64,000 nt of DNA, from positions 246,973 to 310,972 of the forward strand of contig CAZXMM010000001.1 in NCBI GenBank assembly GCA_964641255.1, read 5' to 3'. Shown in pieces: positions 58,722-64,000 of the stretch. Made by a program: the position numbers and the translations under genes. The DNA is from an uncultured Gammaproteobacteria bacterium. GTDB lineage: Bacteria > Patescibacteriota > Microgenomatia > JAMCZE01. Below the pieces are notes generated by a model. That model searched no databases. It was not told the origin of the DNA and worked only from the letters and a program-made list of their open reading frames with translations. The stretch's first letter is position 1. Each line of letters begins with the position of its first letter.

Positions 58722-60904
58722 GAGGTTTGACTAGCTTCTGTTCGACTAGCAAAATATTCATCAGCGTTTCTAACCAGTACGTCTCGGGGTTTACTGCCCT
58801 CTCCTGGACCAACTATCCCTAGCTCCTCAAGCGTATCTAAGATCCGCGCGGCTCGAGCGTAACCAATTGACAACTTACGCTGAAGCAGGGAGGCTGAAGC
58901 TCGGTCAAATTGGCACAGAATTCTAATCGCCTCGTCAATAAGTTGGTCGCCACCACCGGCGGCTGTTCCTTTTTGACCGGGTCGTTGTTGTATTGTGTGC
59001 ATGCTGGTAACCTCCTCTGTGTATTGAACAGGTCCCCCTTTAGCTTTAAGAAAATCAACCAATCGATGAACCTCAGAGTCGGAGATGAATGCTCCTTGAA
59101 TACGACTGGGCCTGCTTTGGTCGGGGGGAATATAGAGCATGTCTCCCCTGCCTAAGAGTTTTTCCGCTCCCGGAGCATCAATGATTACTCGCGAATCAAT
59201 CATTGAAGTAACGTTAAAAGCGATTCGACAGGGAATGTTAGCTTTAATTAACCCGGTGATGACGTCAACGCTTGGTCTTTGGGTGGACAGGATTAGGTGA
59301 ATGCCAGTAGCCCGGGCCATTTGGGCTAGGCGACAAACGGCGTCTTCGACTTCAACGGGAGCAAACATCATTACGTCAGCCATCTCATCAATGACTATAA
59401 TCAAGTAGGGTAGGGCTTGAAAACCAGCCAGTTCGTTATACCCTTCCATATTGCGTACTCCCACCGAGGCAAATAATTTATATCTTCTTTCCATTTCCGT
59501 GATTGCCCATTTTAAGGCAGAGAGCACCTTGTCCACTTCAACAATCACTGGCGTTAGCAAGTGAGGAATCCCATTGTAAAGTGATAGTTCGACTCGTTTG
59601 GGATCGACAAGTATCAATTTTAGTTCTGCAGGTGAGTTGCGATACAACAGGGAGGCCAGTAACGCATTGATAGAAACGGACTTACCAGATCCGGTAGCTC
59701 CAGCAATAAGGGCGTGGGGCATTTTGGCAATGTCTGCCACTTGAGCTTGTCCTGAAACATTTAGTCCGAGAGCAATAGTCAGCTTGCTGGCGGACTGCGC
59801 AAAAGCGGGCGAATCAAGAATCTGCTTAACAGTAACAGATTCGGGAGTGCGATTGGGGATTTCAATTCCTACTAGTGACCGACCGGGGATGGGAGCTTCG
59901 ATGCGGATTTGACCAGGAGCAGCCAATGCTAAGGCCAGGTCGTTTTGTAAAGTCATGATTTTTGACAGTTTAGTCCCCACGGCAATTTCGAGAGCGTATT
60001 GGGTCACGGCTGGTCCTCTGTTGACTTCGGCTACCCGAGCGGTAATTCCAAAAGCTTCCAAGGTTTTTTCAATAATGGCAGCGTTTTGATTGACATCGCC
60101 CCGGTCAGCTTTCCCCCCAGGAGTATCAGAAAAAAGGTTGATTGGAGGGTACTCCCACAGCTTGGTTTCTTCCTGTGTGTTTTGTAGGCCATCACTAGTG
60201 GCAATACTGGCAGTAACACTGGCGGTGGATGGTGGTTGACCCGTTGACGGTTTTGGGTTAGCTTGGGAAGTGACGGGACTAACCGAGTTATCCGAAATTG
60301 CCCCCGCTGCCTGCTGAGAGAGAAAGTCAGTTCCCACCCCTTTTTGACTATTGCTGACTGTTGTCAAATTATCTTTGACAAAAACAGGTTTAGCTTTACT
60401 AGCAAAGTGAAAGTATTTTTGAAAAAATGCCTTAAGAGTAGCAGCTGTTTCCTGAATGATCTTGGCTGCTTCCCCAAGAGAAATGTTCAAAAATACTGTT
60501 AGGCCGAAAAGCGCTACTAAGAGAAAAACGAAAAAGACGGCAAACCCCACAGGGAGAAGAGAATAGAGTCCGGCAAACAGGCTTTCTCCAAAGCTTCCCG
60601 ATGTTGAGAGTGCCCAAAGTGACAAACTAACGAGCGACAGCCCAATAATACTATTGGCTTTAGCTATCGAAATTTTAAATTTGGCGAGGGCCAAAGCGAG
60701 TTGAACCATGATGATGGCGAGTAAGATTCTCCCCCAACCAAAATTACTACTAAAGAAATGGTTGATTCTACCAAGGAACTGACCATTAGGTATTACTACG
60801 GCGATGAGAAGTAGCCCGGCACTACCAAATAGCGCTAGGGAAAAAAGCGAATAAACTGTCTGTTTGCGGAGTTTGAGTTTAAAAAGAGATCTTCTTCTGG
60901 CCAT
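58718..60904 (-). CDS. ftsK: DNA translocase FtsK/SpoIIIE
   Basis: N-terminal TMs, IAGATGSGKS, IDEMAD, TQRPSVDVITG, gamma domain LQRKLSIGYARAAR. Confidence 0.97.
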   Translation of the reverse strand: MARRRSLFKLKLRKQTVYSLFSLALFGSAGLLLIAVVIPNGQFLGRINHFFSSNFGWGRILLAIIMVQLALALAKFKISIAKANSIIGLSLVSLSLWALSTSGSFGESLFAGLYSLLPVGFAVFFVFLLVALFGLTVFLNISLGEAAKIIQETAATLKAFFQKYFHFASKAKPVFVKDNLTTVSNSQKGVGTDFLSQQAAGAISDNSVSPVTSQANPKPSTGQPPSTASVTASIATSDGLQNTQEETKLWEYPPINLFSDTPGGKADRGDVNQNAAIIEKTLEAFGITARVAEVNRGPAVTQYALEIAVGTKLSKIMTLQNDLALALAAPGQIRIEAPIPGRSLVGIEIPNRTPESVTVKQILDSPAFAQSASKLTIALGLNVSGQAQVADIAKMPHALIAGATGSGKSVSINALLASLLYRNSPAELKLILVDPKRVELSLYNGIPHLLTPVIVEVDKVLSALKWAITEMERRYKLFASVGVRNMEGYNELAGFQALPYLIIVIDEMADVMMFAPVEVEDAVCRLAQMARATGIHLILSTQRPSVDVITGLIKANIPCRIAFNVTSMIDSRVIIDAPGAEKLLGRGDMLYIPPDQSRPSRIQGAFISDSEVHRLVDFLKAKGGPVQYTEEVTSMHTIQQRPGQKGTAAGGGDQLIDEAIRILCQFDRASASLLQRKLSIGYARAARILDTLEELGIVGPGEGSKPRDVLVRNADEYFASRTEASQTS

Positions 60905-60956
60905 GGCAGATTAAAATATACTCTTATTTTAGCAAGAAAACTGCATCTTTGCAGAA

Positions 60957-61313
60957 ATGAGTAGTTTGTATATGATCACTACTATGACAATCGGCAGATT
61001 ATTAACCTTTATCCACGCTGAAAACGATCGGTTGGATAAAAAGTATCGGTTTTCTACCAAGCTAGAAGCGCTTCTGGCTAAGACAGTTAAAATGGGCGAG
61101 GAATTGGGCGAGTTGTATGGTGAAATTCTTGGGACAAGTAAACTCGTTCGTAAAGAAAAGTTGGGAAGATACTCAAGAAGCACCATCGAAGATGAAATTG
61201 CCGACTGCATCATAACCACTCTCCTTGTGGCTGACAGTCTTGGAGTCGACGTAAGCAAGGCACTTGAGAAGAAAATAGAAAAGATAAACCAGCGTTATTC
61301 TAGACTTCCATAA
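60957..61313 (+). CDS. MazG-like NTP pyrophosphohydrolase
   Basis: K..EELGEL and DEIAD. Start uncertain (60957, 60972 or 60984). Confidence 0.8.
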   Translation: MSSLYMITTMTIGRLLTFIHAENDRLDKKYRFSTKLEALLAKTVKMGEELGELYGEILGTSKLVRKEKLGRYSRSTIEDEIADCIITTLLVADSLGVDVSKALEKKIEKINQRYSRLP

Positions 61314-62991
61314 TAACCGGAAGGATTAGAGGTCTTCGGTGAGTAGCTTCAAACAAAAACTTTTCCAGCGACTCGCTGATGCGGCGTCTTAGAAATCGCA
61401 TATCACTGTTTTGCGGTGGGTGCTTTTGCACCACCTCCCTAACTAGTTGTTTGGCTTCACCGATAAGTTCCTCAGATTCCTTCATATACACAAAACCCCT
61501 GGAAACAATATCAACGTCTCCCACCACTTCTCCAGTGGCTTTTTCAAAAGGTATTATAGCCATAACTACACCATCGGCAGACATTGTCAGTCGGTCGCGA
61601 AGGACTACGTTGCCAACGTCTCCAATACCCAGCCCGTCAATAAGAACGTTTTTAATTTCCGCTTTTCCAGCCAATCTTACTTTGCCATTTTGAAATTCGT
61701 GAATTGAACCCTCCTCGGGGTTAACAATTTGCTCCTCTGTATAGCCCATTCCCATAACCATTTTAGAATAGCGCTTAATCTGTCTTAAATTTCCCCCAAT
61801 CGGCCAGACAAATTTTGGTTTAGTCAAATTTAACATCAGCTTTAGCCCATCGGCAGCTTCGTGTCCAGAGACATGGAGATCGTCCAAGATTCCAGAATAG
61901 TAGACCTCAGCCCCAACTCTAAAGAGCGTGTTAATGAGTTCGTCAACTGCGTTTTCGCTTCCTGGAATTGGATCCTGGGAGAAGATAACCATATCGCCTT
62001 CAGTGATTCTGATTTTGTGTTCACCGTTGGCAATACGTGATAGGGCAGCGTTGTCTTGTCCTTGAGCTCCGGTAGCCAGCACCATAACCTGATTGGGAGG
62101 GAGAGCGTTTACTTGTTCAGCTTTAATAATAATTTGGCGCGGCAGGGTTAAAAATCCCAACTTCACTGCAGTTTCGGCATTTTGTTCCATACTGCGTCCA
62201 GCAAAGGCGACCTTTCGTCCGTGGCGCTGGGCAACATTGATCGCTTGTTGAATGCGACTAATGTTGGATGACGTCGTAGTCATAATAAATTTCCCTTTAC
62301 ACTTTTGAATTTGCTGTTCAAAGGTTTCTTCAATCATTCTTTCAGACAGTGTATAGCCTGATTTTTCCACCCGGAGACAATCACTAAGGAGACACAAGAT
62401 TCCTTGTTTTCCCACTTCTGCGATACGCTGAACATCGGTGGGAAAGTTGTCAACCGGAGTCCAGTCAAACTTGAAATCAGAGCCGTGGTAGATGACTCCC
62501 GCTGGGGTGGTAATGATTAAATTTGCCGCGTCAGGAATTGAATGAGTCACATGGACAAACTCGACTTTAAAATCCCCAGCCCCGATAGGTTGTCCATAGA
62601 GTCCCTCTCTAAAGTCTACTTTAAGCCCCGCCTCTTCGCATTTGTGTTTAGCAAGTCCGATCGTCAGTTTGGTGCCATAAACAGGAATACTCGGAAGTTC
62701 TGGCAAAATATAGGGCAGGGATCCGCGGTGATCCTCGTGGCCGTGGGTTAAAAAGATGCCTCTAATTTTGTCTTTTTTGTCAAGGAGGTAGGTAATATCA
62801 GGGATGATAAGGTCAATTCCCGGCATGTTCTCGTCAGGAAAAGCAATCCCACAATCGACAATAATAATGTCCCGCTCCGTCTCATAAACGTACATATTAC
62901 GGTTGACCTCCATCCCACCCAAAGAGAGGACGCGAACCTTACCTCCAAATGAAGCCTGTCGTTGATTTTGATTTGGTGTGAATAAATCCAT
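61300..62991 (-). CDS. rnj: Ribonuclease J
   Basis: THGHEDH, THSIPD, DFKFD.TPVD, HVSGH, V..DR..M..DG. Confidence 0.96.
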   Translation of the reverse strand: MDLFTPNQNQRQASFGGKVRVLSLGGMEVNRNMYVYETERDIIIVDCGIAFPDENMPGIDLIIPDITYLLDKKDKIRGIFLTHGHEDHRGSLPYILPELPSIPVYGTKLTIGLAKHKCEEAGLKVDFREGLYGQPIGAGDFKVEFVHVTHSIPDAANLIITTPAGVIYHGSDFKFDWTPVDNFPTDVQRIAEVGKQGILCLLSDCLRVEKSGYTLSERMIEETFEQQIQKCKGKFIMTTTSSNISRIQQAINVAQRHGRKVAFAGRSMEQNAETAVKLGFLTLPRQIIIKAEQVNALPPNQVMVLATGAQGQDNAALSRIANGEHKIRITEGDMVIFSQDPIPGSENAVDELINTLFRVGAEVYYSGILDDLHVSGHEAADGLKLMLNLTKPKFVWPIGGNLRQIKRYSKMVMGMGYTEEQIVNPEEGSIHEFQNGKVRLAGKAEIKNVLIDGLGIGDVGNVVLRDRLTMSADGVVMAIIPFEKATGEVVGDVDIVSRGFVYMKESEELIGEAKQLVREVVQKHPPQNSDMRFLRRRISESLEKFLFEATHRRPLILPVIMEV

Positions 62992-62997
62992 ATGATT

Positions 62998-63639
62998 TTA
63001 GACTAATTGTAACTGTTCTCCGCCTTTTTTGCTGCTCGAGTTGGTCTCGGCTTCTTTGGGGGTAGGAGATAACAGTTCTTTGAGTTTGATAAAATCTTGC
63101 TCAAACGTATGTAACAGGTTGGTGGCTCTTAGTGCAGCGGCCGGATGATACATGGGATAGACCAGAAGGGGACGTCCATCCCATTCGATAGTATGGGGTT
63201 GGCCGTGAATCCTACTAATACTGACTCCCTCACCCAAGAATTTGTACATGGAAAACCTGCCTAGGGTCACTACTACCTTGGGGGCGATGGTTTTAATCTG
63301 CTTATCAAGAAATGGCTTAAAAAAAGCAATTTCTTCCGGAGTAGGATCCCTGTTCTCTGGCGGACGGAACTTAACGATGTTAGTAATATAAACTTCTCTT
63401 TCATCAAACCCATTCTTAGCGAGCTCTTTTCGCAGCAGTTTTCCGGCTTGTCCGACAAAGGGTCGCCCCTGCTGGTTTTCGTTAAATCCTGGGGCTTCTC
63501 CTATAAAGAGAATTTCTGCATCTGGATTACCCTCTCCTGGTACTGGATTAACATTGGGCCCTGCGAGAGGTCCCCCGTTAGTGGCGGCTATTTCTTTGGC
63601 AATGTCATTTAGCTGGGATAGTTTGCTCTTAGCGTCCAT
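62998..63639 (-). CDS. Uracil-DNA glycosylase, family 4
   Basis: IGEAPG..E...GRPFVG.AG, RPPENRDP, YHPAAALR. Confidence 0.93.
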   Translation of the reverse strand: MDAKSKLSQLNDIAKEIAATNGGPLAGPNVNPVPGEGNPDAEILFIGEAPGFNENQQGRPFVGQAGKLLRKELAKNGFDEREVYITNIVKFRPPENRDPTPEEIAFFKPFLDKQIKTIAPKVVVTLGRFSMYKFLGEGVSISRIHGQPHTIEWDGRPLLVYPMYHPAAALRATNLLHTFEQDFIKLKELLSPTPKEAETNSSSKKGGEQLQLV

Positions 63640-63655
63640 AGTCCCATTCTAGCAA

Positions 63656-64000
63656 TTAAGAAGGAAGGAATTCCGACAAATTAGCCTCATTAATTACTAC
63701 CGCTTTATTGTTACTGGTCACAATTTTCTTGGCGGCTTTTCGCACCATTCCTCCAATTGTGCGCTCAAGAGTACGAATCCCCCCGTCAAAGCCCAACGGT
63801 CTAACAACTTTTGACCAGACTGTGGGATCAATCTGAAGAGAATCTGGGGGGAGACCAGAATCCTTCATAATTCTGGGAAGGACATAGTCTCTTGCGATGG
63901 TGGTTTTTTCCTCATCCGAGTAGGAGGGCATGGTAATAGGTTCGAGACGGTCAAGGACGGCGGTACTAATGTGGGAGGTGTTGTTACTGGTGGCAATAAA
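63656..64000 (-). CDS. Lon-type AAA+ ATPase, C-terminal part (partial, runs off the right edge); ends without a protease domain
   Basis: Frame from the edge reads FIATSNNTSHISTAVLDRLEPITMPSYSDEEK...GIRTLER. Confidence 0.8.
   Translation of the reverse strand, partial: FIATSNNTSHISTAVLDRLEPITMPSYSDEEKTTIARDYVLPRIMKDSGLPPDSLQIDPTVWSKVVRPLGFDGGIRTLERTIGGMVRKAAKKIVTSNNKAVVINEANLSEFLPS

Noticed and set aside
1-64000. Alternative genetic code 25 (UGA = Gly)
   Set aside because: Conserved genes such as rplC, rpsE, secY and adk end at TGA at the expected lengths, and long genes have no in-frame TGA.

Overview
This is a gene-dense chromosomal segment of a bacterium using genetic code 11. It is most consistent with Patescibacteria/CPR (Microgenomates-like): rpmD is absent from the spc operon, AlaRS lacks the C-Ala domain, Shine-Dalgarno motifs are scarce, and GT-C-type membrane glycosyltransferases are abundant. 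From left to right it holds: an envelope block (GT-C-like protein, two FemABX proteins, an orphan baseplate-J-like membrane protein, sortase, ruvX, a zinc-ribbon microprotein, mltG, an ArnT-like GT); a small island of two HhH glycosylases, def and a NUDIX hydrolase; rpoBC and the str-S10-spc-alpha-rplM/rpsI superoperon, broken three times by two-gene inserts; a HEPN-like gene, tRNA-Pro(GGG), recA-HD-tlyA-recX-rny; and a minus-strand block (lon fragment, udg, rnj, ftsK, rodZ-like, alaS, wecA-like, ubiA-like). I saw no CRISPR array, rRNA, transposase or integrase. The best leads are a complete transcriptional T-box riboswitch with a miniature Stem I and an Ala (GCC) specifier upstream of alaS, an EF-G with rewritten guanine-specificity motifs, the baseplate-J/sortase/MltG/Fem envelope module, an attenuator-like leader before rplC, helically phased repeats before fic, and a solo HEPN-like gene directly downstream of a tRNA. 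All protein calls come from motif recognition by eye and all RNA structures from manual pairing; no searches or folding programs were run.
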